Below are positions 20,490 through 29,926 of a DNA stretch of 64,000 nucleotides, piece after piece; the first letter of the stretch is position 1, and the number at the start of each line of letters is the position of its first letter. The DNA comes from Candidatus Dojkabacteria bacterium (lineage in GTDB: Bacteria > Patescibacteriota > Dojkabacteria > B142 > JAFGMG01): positions 11,991 through 75,990 of the forward strand of contig JAFGMG010000005.1 in assembly GCA_016927655.1 (NCBI GenBank). The letters are read 5' to 3'. The translations under genes and the position numbers were made by a program. The notes below the pieces were generated by a model that was not told where the DNA came from, searched no databases, and worked only from the letters and a program-made list of their open reading frames with translations.

Positions 20490-21347
20490 ATGAACAAAAA
20501 TAATAAAGGACAAATACTGGTAATTGTAATACTTATGCTTTTTATATTATCGATAATAGTGCTTGGAGTGATTGCGATAGTATCGAATGATGTCGAGCAG
20601 ACGGTCGGTGGAAAACAATACGAACTCTCATATAACAAAAGTGAGGAAAGTATTCAGAAGATTCTTACTGGGTATGCAAATACAGATACTTCTCTTGCGG
20701 GGATTGTAAATGAGGAGGGATTTAGCTGCAGCACAAGTGTTTTGAATGAGTATACATGCATTTTTGACTATCCTGACATGCAGACAACTGTAAATGTATC
20801 TGATTCAAATGAAGTAATTGACTATGAGCTTGGGAAAGATGAAACTTTCAAGGTCCTTTTAGGAAGTTATTCCGATGTTGTCGAGATTGAGTGGACTGGA
20901 AATGTCGCGATGCTTTTTCAGGTCGATTACCAGATTACAACAGATGAGTATAAAACTATTATGGATATGCATGATGCGGGGAATTATGTCGGCTCAGGGA
21001 ATTTGGAGCATCCTATGGGTCTAAATATCCCTGTTGAGGGTCAGAACCGTGTGATAATTAATTTGCAAACGATAAAAGAAGAAGTCGGAAGTAATACTTT
21101 TAAAAACTTTACTGGAATGAAAGTAAAAGCTTTGATGAATGAAGATGAAAATGTCACTACTCTTCTTTCAATTAAAGGTAATGCCGGATTTCCTATTCAA
21201 GTTAGACGTCTTGAGGGGATTAGCTATCCACCCAGTACTGGTGCTGTTGTATCTGCCCCAGTTTTAGTGGCTCAAATACCATTTCTAGGCAGAGAGCCTG
21301 AAGTAATGAATTATGTGCTAAGGTCTGAATTAGTTTTGAATAAGTAG
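20490..21347 (+). CDS. PilX/GspK-like minor pilin
   Basis: NKG/QILVIVIL with no E5, as in PilX/GspK; last gene of the pilin run. Confidence 0.7.
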   Translation: MNKNNKGQILVIVILMLFILSIIVLGVIAIVSNDVEQTVGGKQYELSYNKSEESIQKILTGYANTDTSLAGIVNEEGFSCSTSVLNEYTCIFDYPDMQTTVNVSDSNEVIDYELGKDETFKVLLGSYSDVVEIEWTGNVAMLFQVDYQITTDEYKTIMDMHDAGNYVGSGNLEHPMGLNIPVEGQNRVIINLQTIKEEVGSNTFKNFTGMKVKALMNEDENVTTLLSIKGNAGFPIQVRRLEGISYPPSTGAVVSAPVLVAQIPFLGREPEVMNYVLRSELVLNK

Positions 21348-21373
21348 ATTTAGAAGTGTACTCTCTTCCCTTC

Positions 21374-24262
21374 TTACTGCGAATATAAGTTTCTCTGATA
21401 GCTCTTCTCTCTTATAGAGAATTCGTTGATTTTGAGTTCCTGGAAGAATAGATTGGAATATCTTGGATCAAATTCGATGATTTCTGAAGGTTGATTAAGG
21501 TTGTTTAGCAGTCTCAAGTTTCTTCCCAAGAGCAATTCGTTTGCAATTACTGCTCCTTTAATGTAAAGGCCATCATATCTAGCGTTTAGTGGGTTACCTC
21601 CATTGTCTTCGTTGGTAATAAAGCGGTCTTTTACGACAAAAAATGCCTCGATTTTATCATAGTAATTTTTATAAGCGCCACCAGTTACAGTTACATCGCC
21701 TCTAACTATAAATATACAGCCTGTCTGCAACGGGGGGGTTGAATCATTCCTGCTTCCTAGGTTGCTAAAACTGGTTGTTGGTCTATTCTGGATCTCAAAA
21801 TTTGGAGCAATTGTCAGATTCCCTTGGACAAAGAATATTGTTCTTGTGTTGCATTTGTTATTTCCCAATAACGAGAAATTGCCGTTGATTTCCACATGTT
21901 GTGTGAAATTATCATTGGTGATATTAAGGGTTGTTCTAGATTCGATGTACTCTTCTGTTGTCTGGCCGATTTCCATGTATGGATAATTAATCTGGTGTAC
22001 TGTTGCGTGTTCATCTACGAGTGACTTGATATAATCTATCCATGTGGAAAAGGTAACATTTTTAAGCGGAGTATCGTTCCAGTCATTGTAACCATTTACT
22101 ATATAATTATTTTTTGAAACTCTAGATGGAGTGCCGATACTGTCTTCATTGACTGCGCTAAGATAAGTTGATAGATATGAGTAGTCGTTCAAATAGGCCA
22201 GTTCTCCTGCAATATTTGACTGCTTTACACTTGTATTGAAATTCTCAGCAAATCCATTTCCTCCGACCGTCATCAGCCATCCATCGGTTAGATTCAAAGC
22301 TTCTCCGCTGTCGGTTATTCTATTGCATGCGCTGTCATTTGCGGACATTTTAGTCTGGAGTATAACTGATTGGGCGGACATTGTCTGATAGGTATGAGTT
22401 CCAAGAGCTTTGCCAAGACCTATTCCTACCCCAATATTACTCGAGCTGAAATCCACAGGCTCAGCTGTTGGAATATTTAATATTGCCACAGTCGGGAGTA
22501 ATCTTCTAAGCTGATATCCAGCTTGATTGCCCCACATATATCCGTCAGCTTGAGAAAGACCGTAGCCATTTACTGCCCAGTTTATTGTAAATTTATCATT
22601 TGCTATTACCTGCGGTGTACCGATTGTGATTTGGGGTATTTGAACATTTACTCCCCAGTTCCCTTCATCAGATAAAGATCTATCGATTGTATTTGAGCCT
22701 GTGCTGGAGTTCCAGACTCCTGGGAGAAGCTCTCTTAGCCCTGCTGTATAGATATTCCCATTTATAACTGCAGCATAAAGAGAATCATCAGCAGATTTAT
22801 ATTTATAATTATCATCAAATCTAATCTGCCAGTAAACTCGTACGGTATTTGCATCAACTACCTCTACGTGGGTATTATTGGCAGCCCCTCCATTGAGATT
22901 TAGAAGTGTAGCCGATGCAAAGGTGTTTGTAAGATCACCACTATTTGCATTTGCCCCGTAATAAGGATATGAGATGGTATTAACAATGCTAAACTGGCTA
23001 AGTGACGGAGTGACTGTATTTATTGTAGCTTTGGCCATAAAATATTTGTTTGATACTGAAGCAATGGATGCCTCGGAAACAATCGGAGCATTCCTGACAT
23101 CATTTGGAACAATTGCAAGTAATATTTCATCAATATCCTCTACCCCGACGCCATTATCGTCAAGAGAATACTCTGTCATAATTGTTATTGGATTGTCTAC
23201 GTTTGCTACAGAAGAATTCCCTGAAATTGAGTGTCCGCAAGTACCTGCTGTTGAAATTTGGAGATCATCCAGACTTGCAGTTTTAGGGGTTGTGAATTCC
23301 CAGGTTGCATCTGAGTTTCTTCCAAGTGATCCGTTGTATGCTCGAGAATACCAGCAGTAAGTCGTCCCCCAGTTTAAATCATAAAGTGTTGTGCTCGAAA
23401 CTCCTCCAAGATTTTTATTGGTATATCCGGCAGTCTGCGCTGGGCAGTTTGCGGCAACTTTAGGGGTATACCTGGCTTTATAGCTGTTGCTTTGCGGACA
23501 GCCGGTTCCCCAGCTGCTCACGTTTGTCCAATCGATAAACACGTCATTTGTCGATTCAATATTTCCATTCGGTGGCTGCAGCAATGGCTGAGGCTTAGCT
23601 GGATTTGTCGGAGTACAAGTCGGGCATACACAAGCGTAATTTATTGGATGATTTACAACAAGACCTGTGCAGCATTGATTTGATGCAGGGATATTGCAAT
23701 TACATTCTCCTGCAAATGGATCGCATGAGCCATCTGCACAATCACTATCATATCGGCAGTCTGTTCCTGCTAGACCTCCACCAACGCAAGTCCCTGGCGG
23801 CCACTTTGGAAGAAGAAGCCCTTCTGTAACGCATCCTGAGGGTGTAGGTGTCCAGGCGCATGAAGCACCCCCTCCGCAACTGGCATCTGTGTAGCAAGTC
23901 CAAGTCCCTCCACTGCAAATAGATTTTTCACTAGAAGCGCAGCCATTCGTACCACATCCCCCAGTTGCCCCTTCGATGCACGTGCTTGATGAACAACTAG
24001 GATCTGAGATGCATTGGCAGTTGCCCCAACACCAGAAAAATCCTACTACTCCAGGTGGGACACATTCACATTGTCTTCTTGTTCCTGCAGGACAACCGCC
24101 AGTATTACAAGCCCATGTAGTTATCTCCCCTGATGCGCATTCTGTGTAATCACAAGTTCCCGCTTTAACGTTTGTGATAAAAGAGTTCCTTGAAAAATAT
24201 AAGCCAAATCCAGCCATAAACAGGAAAATTATAAGCAGAATTTGTTTCTTTGGATTGGCCAT
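21374..24262 (-). CDS. Large secreted Cys-rich protein with FN3-like and C-terminal beta-solenoid-like regions
   Basis: Signal peptide ending VKA; about 180-aa Cys/Gly-rich region; LNWGTTYCWYSRAYN FN3-like segment; C-terminal IFIVRGDVTV...GAVIA...IEFDPRY. Confidence 0.7.
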   Translation of the reverse strand: MANPKKQILLIIFLFMAGFGLYFSRNSFITNVKAGTCDYTECASGEITTWACNTGGCPAGTRRQCECVPPGVVGFFWCWGNCQCISDPSCSSSTCIEGATGGCGTNGCASSEKSICSGGTWTCYTDASCGGGASCAWTPTPSGCVTEGLLLPKWPPGTCVGGGLAGTDCRYDSDCADGSCDPFAGECNCNIPASNQCCTGLVVNHPINYACVCPTCTPTNPAKPQPLLQPPNGNIESTNDVFIDWTNVSSWGTGCPQSNSYKARYTPKVAANCPAQTAGYTNKNLGGVSSTTLYDLNWGTTYCWYSRAYNGSLGRNSDATWEFTTPKTASLDDLQISTAGTCGHSISGNSSVANVDNPITIMTEYSLDDNGVGVEDIDEILLAIVPNDVRNAPIVSEASIASVSNKYFMAKATINTVTPSLSQFSIVNTISYPYYGANANSGDLTNTFASATLLNLNGGAANNTHVEVVDANTVRVYWQIRFDDNYKYKSADDSLYAAVINGNIYTAGLRELLPGVWNSSTGSNTIDRSLSDEGNWGVNVQIPQITIGTPQVIANDKFTINWAVNGYGLSQADGYMWGNQAGYQLRRLLPTVAILNIPTAEPVDFSSSNIGVGIGLGKALGTHTYQTMSAQSVILQTKMSANDSACNRITDSGEALNLTDGWLMTVGGNGFAENFNTSVKQSNIAGELAYLNDYSYLSTYLSAVNEDSIGTPSRVSKNNYIVNGYNDWNDTPLKNVTFSTWIDYIKSLVDEHATVHQINYPYMEIGQTTEEYIESRTTLNITNDNFTQHVEINGNFSLLGNNKCNTRTIFFVQGNLTIAPNFEIQNRPTTSFSNLGSRNDSTPPLQTGCIFIVRGDVTVTGGAYKNYYDKIEAFFVVKDRFITNEDNGGNPLNARYDGLYIKGAVIANELLLGRNLRLLNNLNQPSEIIEFDPRYSNLFFQELKINEFSIREKSYQRNLYSQ

Positions 24263-24346
24263 AATTCAGTCTAGCAAAATTTGATATTTAGGGCTAGAGT
24301 AGTTATGATAATATCAACGAAATTATTAATTATTGATCTGTAAACT

Positions 24347-25387
24347 ATGAACCTGCCCGATTTTTTTGCCTTAGACATTGGAAGTCACTCAATAAAAGTC
24401 GTTGAAATTGATAGAAGATCAATCCAAAAGGCTGATCTAGTAGCATTCGGCAGTGTCGATACCCCGTATGGAATTCTCAATAGTCAAGACGATCAAGCCA
24501 AGCTCAGAATAGCACAGAAAATTAAAGAAGTCCTCGAAAGCAGCGGAATAAAAACGAAGAAATGTGTGACTGCACTTCCAGAATCATCTATATTTACAAG
24601 ACTTCTCACAGTTCCAAAAGTAACTGAGGAGAAACTTGAGGAATTAATTTTCTGGGAAGCAAGGCAGTATATTCCCCTACCCCTTTCGGAAGTTCAGACT
24701 GACTATATCCCGGTTGAGGAAATAGAAGTAAATGGTAAAAAAATGATGAAAATTCTGCTTGTTGCATCTCCAAAAGTTCTCATCAATAGATATATCGATA
24801 TTGCAAAAAAAGCTGATATTGAATTAATTGCGCTTGAAACTGAAACTATCGCAACCTCAAGATCAATCATGTTTAACAATGAAGTCGGTAAAGCAATTAT
24901 GATCCTTGATTTTGGGTCAAATGGGACCGATATGAGTGTTGTCAAAGATGGGAAAATGATATTTTCCCAAAGCATTGGAACTGGCGCGGATGCTCTTACA
25001 AAGGCAATTGCAAATGATTTTAATCTTGAAACCGCACAAGCCGAAAAATATAAAATCGCCTATGGGTTAGACAAACAGCAGGTTGAAGGTAAAATCTTCA
25101 ATTCAATTCAACCAATTATTCAAATAGTCCAGGAAGAAATCCAAAGAACAATCGGTTTTTTTAAAACCCATTTACAAGACAGTGTCCCTCAAAAAATTTA
25201 CATGGTAGGAGATGGTGCGAGATTAAATTCCCTTGACACTTACCTCTCAGAAGTTCTTGGCATAAAAGCAGAATTGTACGATCCAGCAGCGAAGCTGAAT
25301 ATTGCGAGAAATCTCCGAGATGATGTCAAACCTATGTCTATGATAGGATTCTCAGTAGCAATTGGTCTTGGTTTGAAAGTCAAATAA
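24347..25387 (+). CDS. pilM: Type IV pilus assembly protein PilM
   Basis: ALDIGSHSIKVVE, EARQYIPL, LDFGS, GDGA, AIGLGL actin-like fold motifs. Confidence 0.92.
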   Translation: MNLPDFFALDIGSHSIKVVEIDRRSIQKADLVAFGSVDTPYGILNSQDDQAKLRIAQKIKEVLESSGIKTKKCVTALPESSIFTRLLTVPKVTEEKLEELIFWEARQYIPLPLSEVQTDYIPVEEIEVNGKKMMKILLVASPKVLINRYIDIAKKADIELIALETETIATSRSIMFNNEVGKAIMILDFGSNGTDMSVVKDGKMIFSQSIGTGADALTKAIANDFNLETAQAEKYKIAYGLDKQQVEGKIFNSIQPIIQIVQEEIQRTIGFFKTHLQDSVPQKIYMVGDGARLNSLDTYLSEVLGIKAELYDPAAKLNIARNLRDDVKPMSMIGFSVAIGLGLKVK

Positions 25388-25406
25388 ACTAATGAAGTTC
25401 TGAAAA

Positions 25407-25976
25407 ATGGCAAAATCAAACTTTAGTTTCAATCTACTTCCACCAAAAAGCAAAGAAGTAATTGCCAGAGAGGAAAATCGTTCGAATTCTCTACTCTATG
25501 CGGCTTTCCTGCTTTTTGGTATTACATTGATTTGGCTGTCAGTCAGACTGATCGATTCCGCGTTTTTAAAAAGGTCTCTTGATATTTGGAATGAAACAAG
25601 GCAGCAAAAGGAAATCGAGATTGACTCCTACAATACATATAAAAGCGCAAATGGTGAACTTGTCATGAAAACCAGGAGTTTAGCACCAGTAGTAGAAAAG
25701 CATACCGATCCGGATCTGGTGTTTGATTTTATTGACTCATTGATCAAGCAGACCACCCCCAATGTCGACATTGTAAGTTATGGGAGAACTTCAGAGGGAA
25801 CATTCCAGTTCGAGGGGTTGACCAGCTCAACAGAAGATGTTGCAAGTCTCATCTTGGAGTTTAATCAACAGGATCAAGTAGAAGATGCAAGATTAAATAG
25901 AATCCGCGAAGACAGTGATACTAATAAATATAGTTTTATAATTGATCTTGATTTGACTAATCTTTTGACACAATGA
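25407..25976 (+). CDS. pilN: PilN-like protein
   Basis: FNLLP motif before a TM helix; directly after pilM. Confidence 0.75.
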   Translation: MAKSNFSFNLLPPKSKEVIAREENRSNSLLYAAFLLFGITLIWLSVRLIDSAFLKRSLDIWNETRQQKEIEIDSYNTYKSANGELVMKTRSLAPVVEKHTDPDLVFDFIDSLIKQTTPNVDIVSYGRTSEGTFQFEGLTSSTEDVASLILEFNQQDQVEDARLNRIREDSDTNKYSFIIDLDLTNLLTQ

Positions 25977-26734
25977 CAGGTGAAATAAGCGCAACAACAA
26001 AGAAAAAAACTACTTCCGAGAGAGGTGTCGATGAGTATTTAAGGCTTCTAAAATTCTATTATTTGCCGATATTTGTGCTGGTAATCTTTTTTGTTATCAT
26101 GATTTTTGGACTGATCCCGAGTTTAAATTCAATTTATAATAACTATTCACAGAGAAATACTGTGAAAAAAGCGGTCGAAAGGCAGGAAGTGACTATTGCG
26201 AATCTGGTCCAGCTGAAAAACGACTCAAATGAAATAAATCAATACCTAGAAAGTATAAATACTATTGCTCCTGTCCAGGTAACCAATGTCACAGAATTTC
26301 AAGAGAGTATTAAAACTCTGGCAACAACAAATGGAATTGCTACAAAACAAGCAAATACAAGAGAGCTAATATATTCCGAAGATGGAAGTCAATCAGGTCA
26401 GGTAAGCTATCTGCAGCTTGTCGAGGTTCCTAGTGATTTCGTTTTCGCTGGCAGTTTCGAAGATATTCGGACATTTCTCGGGGCATTATACGAACAGGAT
26501 GAATTTATTGTGATTGAAGAAATGAGCTTTGCTAAGCCTGTAAATTCGAGTGACTGGGAGCTGAGCATAACTCTAAACAAGTATCAATTCCAAATTAATG
26601 AAACTGTTTTAACTGGCAGTGATCAGACTGCTCAAACAGCTCCAAATTATCTTGCGGAACCTGAAAGTGCAAAGCCCGACCAGAATGTGATTGATTTTAT
26701 TGATAAGAAGTACCTCAATAAAAACGAGCCTTGA
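25973..26734 (+). CDS. pilO: PilO-like protein
   Basis: TM plus coiled coil plus GSFEDIRTFL..L ferredoxin-like motif; directly after pilN. Confidence 0.72.
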   Translation: MTGEISATTKKKTTSERGVDEYLRLLKFYYLPIFVLVIFFVIMIFGLIPSLNSIYNNYSQRNTVKKAVERQEVTIANLVQLKNDSNEINQYLESINTIAPVQVTNVTEFQESIKTLATTNGIATKQANTRELIYSEDGSQSGQVSYLQLVEVPSDFVFAGSFEDIRTFLGALYEQDEFIVIEEMSFAKPVNSSDWELSITLNKYQFQINETVLTGSDQTAQTAPNYLAEPESAKPDQNVIDFIDKKYLNKNEP

Positions 26735-26745
26735 GGCTCGTTTTT
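26720..26745. terminator. Bidirectional terminator between convergent pilO and khpA
   Basis: AAAAACGAGCC-TTGA-GGCTCGTTTTT; the pilO stop codon lies in the loop. Confidence 0.85.
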
Positions 26746-26764
26746 CTAATACAAAAAAGTCAGT

Positions 26765-26998
26765 TTAGTCCTTTATTTTCAAAAAGACTTTTTCTTCATC
26801 GTGCTTTTTTGCGTACATGAATGCAAGTTCTCTGATTGCTTTAATATTCCTGCCGCCTTTTCCAATGATTAAAGCTTTATCCCGGTCTTCAGCGTCAATG
26901 AGAATTACTCTCCCCTTGTCGTCGGTTTCTTCACTGATTTGAAGAGCCTCTGGATTTTCGATGATATTCTCAAGTAAATACTTTATGAATTCCTCCAT
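26765..26998 (-). CDS. khpA: KH-domain RNA-binding protein KhpA
   Basis: IIGKGGRNIKAIR; conserved position downstream of rpsP. Confidence 0.88.
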   Translation of the reverse strand: MEEFIKYLLENIIENPEALQISEETDDKGRVILIDAEDRDKALIIGKGGRNIKAIRELAFMYAKKHDEEKVFLKIKD

Positions 26999-27031
26999 CG
27001 TCTTTGTAATTTAAAATAAATAAAATATTTT

Positions 27032-27430
27032 CTATTCTTTTGGTTCTTCTGGTTTTTCTTCTACCTTCTCTTCTGTCTTCTCTTCAATAACTGGTTCGGC
27101 TTTGACTTCCGGCTTTTTCTCTTCTTCCTGCTCTCCGGCTTTTTCCAATTTCTTTTTGCCCGGTTTTTTCGTAAATTTCTTCTTCTCTACCTTATACAAA
27201 CCTTCTTTTGCTAGAAATCTTGCAACAGTATCTGTTGGTTGTGCTCCAACTCCCAGCCAGTATTTTACTCTGTCCTTGTCAACTTTGAATTCGGAAGGAT
27301 TTTGCGTTGGATCATATGTCCCGAGCTGTTCAATAGCTCTGCTGTCTCTCTTCTCCCTTGTCTGGATTGCAATTACTCTATAAAAAGGTGCATTTTTCCT
27401 GCCAAGTCTGGTCAGTCTGATTTTTACCAT
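27032..27430 (-). CDS. rpsP: 30S ribosomal protein S16
   Basis: MVKIRLTRLGRKNAPFYR, GTYDP, GAQPTDTV; acidic C-terminal tail. Confidence 0.97.
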   Translation of the reverse strand: MVKIRLTRLGRKNAPFYRVIAIQTREKRDSRAIEQLGTYDPTQNPSEFKVDKDRVKYWLGVGAQPTDTVARFLAKEGLYKVEKKKFTKKPGKKKLEKAGEQEEEKKPEVKAEPVIEEKTEEKVEEKPEEPKE

Positions 27431-27471
27431 AAAAATGTTCTTAAAAACTTACAAACAGGCCAATTATATCA

Positions 27472-28212
27472 CTAATTTATCTTTTTTGAATACTTTTTTA
27501 AAAGAATCTCCCAATCTTCAAGAGCTTTGTTTGCTGCCGCTTGTTCAGCTTCCTGTTTGCTCTTCCCCTTCCCGTGTCCAAAATCATTATTTGCAATGAT
27601 CACTCTAATTTCAAATTCCTTATCATGATCCGGTCCGTTTTCGTTTAGAAGCTCATAAGTCGGTGTATCTTTTAGTATTTCCTGTGCAAGATTTTGAAGT
27701 TTAGATTTATTGTCGATATCGAGCCTGTTCTCCACGATATCCTCAAGCTTTGGTAAAAGCGCCTTTATCACAAAATTATTAGCGATCTCATACCCTTGAT
27801 CAAGGTAAATTGCTCCAAGAACAGCTTCGAAAGTATTTGCCAGTATGTATGGGCGTTCTCTGCCTCCAGTACCTTCTTCTCCTTTGCTCATGTATAGACA
27901 ATGGCCATATTCGAGTGACATTGCAGTCTCAGCAAGGCTTTCTGTCTTGACCAGCGCAGCTCTAAAACTAGTCAGATCTCCTTCCGGTCTATTTGGATAT
28001 TTTGAAAATAAAAATGATGTGACAATAAGTTCGAGAACGGCGTCTCCAAGGTATTCCAGCCGCTCATTGCTTTCAAGCTCTGCCCCGGACTTTTCATTAA
28101 GGTATGATTTGTGAATAAGGGATTGTTTTAGAATTTCTGGATTATTGAATTTAATTCCAAGGATCTGTTCTAATTTTTCTATGTTTAGCTTGTCTTCTGT
28201 GGTCAGGTTCAT
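27472..28212 (-). CDS. rnc: Ribonuclease III
   Basis: NERLEYLGDAVLEL signature and dsRBD (GPDHDKEF, GKSKQEAEQ). Confidence 0.97.
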   Translation of the reverse strand: MNLTTEDKLNIEKLEQILGIKFNNPEILKQSLIHKSYLNEKSGAELESNERLEYLGDAVLELIVTSFLFSKYPNRPEGDLTSFRAALVKTESLAETAMSLEYGHCLYMSKGEEGTGGRERPYILANTFEAVLGAIYLDQGYEIANNFVIKALLPKLEDIVENRLDIDNKSKLQNLAQEILKDTPTYELLNENGPDHDKEFEIRVIIANNDFGHGKGKSKQEAEQAAANKALEDWEILLKKYSKKIN

Positions 28213-28679
28213 TTTTTTAGTGCTCTGCTAAATTCATTTTTTCTATTTAAAAGACTGCCAAGTACTCCGTTTACAAACTTTCCGCTTGGCGTGCCTCCAA
28301 ATTCTTTCGCGAGATCAATCGCTTCGTTTATTGATACTTTCTCAGGAGTAAGATTTTCGATAAATCCTTCAAATATTGCGATCCGGAGAATTTGAAGATC
28401 AGCTTTGTTTATTTGTTCGATTGGCCATTCCGGAGCAAGTTTTGAAATAATAAAATCAGTTTTGTCTTTGTACTTGATAACTCCGTGGAAAAGCTTATCT
28501 GCAAGTTGTTTGTCATATTTTAAAGGTTCGCTGTCTTCATCAATTTCAGCAAGTGACTGATTATTAAACTCATTCTCTTGGGATTTACTGATATCAGAGT
28601 CCTTGAAGCTGCGTTCAAAAAGCCTTTGAACAACAATCCTTCTTGCTAAATGCCTTTGATCAAAGCTCCCCTCGTGCAT
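28209..28679 (-). CDS. nusB: Transcription antitermination factor NusB
   Basis: RHLARR, DLQILRIAIFE, INEAIDLAKEFG, FVNGVLG. Confidence 0.95.
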   Translation of the reverse strand: MHEGSFDQRHLARRIVVQRLFERSFKDSDISKSQENEFNNQSLAEIDEDSEPLKYDKQLADKLFHGVIKYKDKTDFIISKLAPEWPIEQINKADLQILRIAIFEGFIENLTPEKVSINEAIDLAKEFGGTPSGKFVNGVLGSLLNRKNEFSRALKK

Positions 28680-28695
28680 AATTATACAAAAAAAC

Positions 28696-28872
28696 TTAAA
28701 CTTCTTTAATTTCTTCGCCTTTGTATCTTCCTGTTTTCGGGGAGATATAATGAGGCCTTTTCAGCTTCCCGCTTTCAGTTTCTCTGACAAGTGGAATCTG
28801 TTTTAAAGCATGATGTGCACGTCTTTTATTTTTCCTTTGTTTGCTGATTTTTCGTTTTGGTAATGCTCCCAT
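28696..28872 (-). CDS. rpmF: 50S ribosomal protein L32, cysteine-free type (not in the ORF track)
   Basis: Hand translation: MGALPKRKISKQRKNKRRAHHALKQIPLVRETESGKLKRPHYISPKTGRYKGEEIKEV*. Confidence 0.92.
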   Translation of the reverse strand: MGALPKRKISKQRKNKRRAHHALKQIPLVRETESGKLKRPHYISPKTGRYKGEEIKEV

Positions 28873-28916
28873 TTGTACTTCTCTGATTTAATTAACGGGG
28901 CTATTTTAACATAAAT

Positions 28917-29450
28917 TCAGTCATTTTGATAGAAAGAGATCGTGCTTTTGCCGTATTTTTCTATGTAAGTTCTTTTAAGATCATATATTTCTTCTGGGGA
29001 TTTGTAATCACTTGGATGGCGGAAAATAAGCAGTCCAGATGGGTTTAAAAGTTTTGAAGCGTCTTTCACATAAGTGATTCGTACATCATCAAATGGCGGA
29101 TCCAGCATAATAAGATCGAAATTCTTGTCTGTCGCTCTGATATAATCCTGGACGTTTTTCTTGAAGATTTCAAAATTCTTCCCTGGATAGTTTTCCAGAT
29201 TTTTCTCAATGCATCGTTGAGCTTCTTCTGCCAAATCGACGAATGTCGCAAATCTGGCGCCTCTGCTGAGTGCTTCAATCCCAAAGTTCCCCCCGCCGGC
29301 GTACAAATCGAGAACCTCTGCATCAGCAATGAAGTCTCTAATCAAATCAAAAAGGGATTGTTTGATCCGGTTGGTAAAAGGTCGAGTAATTTTTTCGGGA
29401 TTGATGAGTTTTTTCCCGCGCATTGTTCCTGCTATTACCGTGCTATTCAT
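28917..29450 (-). CDS. rsmD: 16S rRNA m2G966 methyltransferase RsmD
   Basis: VIAG..RG, TRPFT, LDLYAGGG.FGIEALSRGA, DPPF; ATGA overlap puts the start at 29450. Confidence 0.92.
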   Translation of the reverse strand: MNSTVIAGTMRGKKLINPEKITRPFTNRIKQSLFDLIRDFIADAEVLDLYAGGGNFGIEALSRGARFATFVDLAEEAQRCIEKNLENYPGKNFEIFKKNVQDYIRATDKNFDLIMLDPPFDDVRITYVKDASKLLNPSGLLIFRHPSDYKSPEEIYDLKRTYIEKYGKSTISFYQND

Positions 29451-29926
29451 TTTTTTATGTGTGGTAGCTGCCATTTCCTGATTATCTCATAAACTACTAC
29501 CGCAAAGGAAACTTCTACGTTGAGCGATTCTTTTTGCCCATACATCGGGATTTTTACCTGTTTGTCTGAAAGTTTAAGAAGTTCTTTGCTTACCCCGCCT
29601 ATTTCGTTCCCAAATATCAAAGCGCAAGGTTTGTTGTAGTTAATTTTTGTATAAATTTCTGCCTGTTTCGTGAGCTCAACTGCAATAATTTCACATCCTA
29701 ATCGTTTGAGTTTCTGTACTGCCTGGATTGGCTCTTTCTCGTATTGCCAGTCTACAGTGTTTGTTGCACCAAGCGCTGTTTTGGGTATTTTGTTATGGGG
29801 TGGATATGGAGTAATCCCACTCAGCCATATCTTCTCTACCCCAGCAGCATCAGCAGTCCTGAAAAAAGCTCCAACGTTAAATGCTGATCTGATGTTTTCT
29901 AAAACTACGTGTATGGGGAATTTCAT
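29447..29926 (-). CDS. SpoU/TrmH family RNA methyltransferase
   Basis: LENIRSAFNVGAFFRTADA, FGNEIGG, IPMYGQKESLNV. Confidence 0.9.
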   Translation of the reverse strand: MKFPIHVVLENIRSAFNVGAFFRTADAAGVEKIWLSGITPYPPHNKIPKTALGATNTVDWQYEKEPIQAVQKLKRLGCEIIAVELTKQAEIYTKINYNKPCALIFGNEIGGVSKELLKLSDKQVKIPMYGQKESLNVEVSFAVVVYEIIRKWQLPHIKK

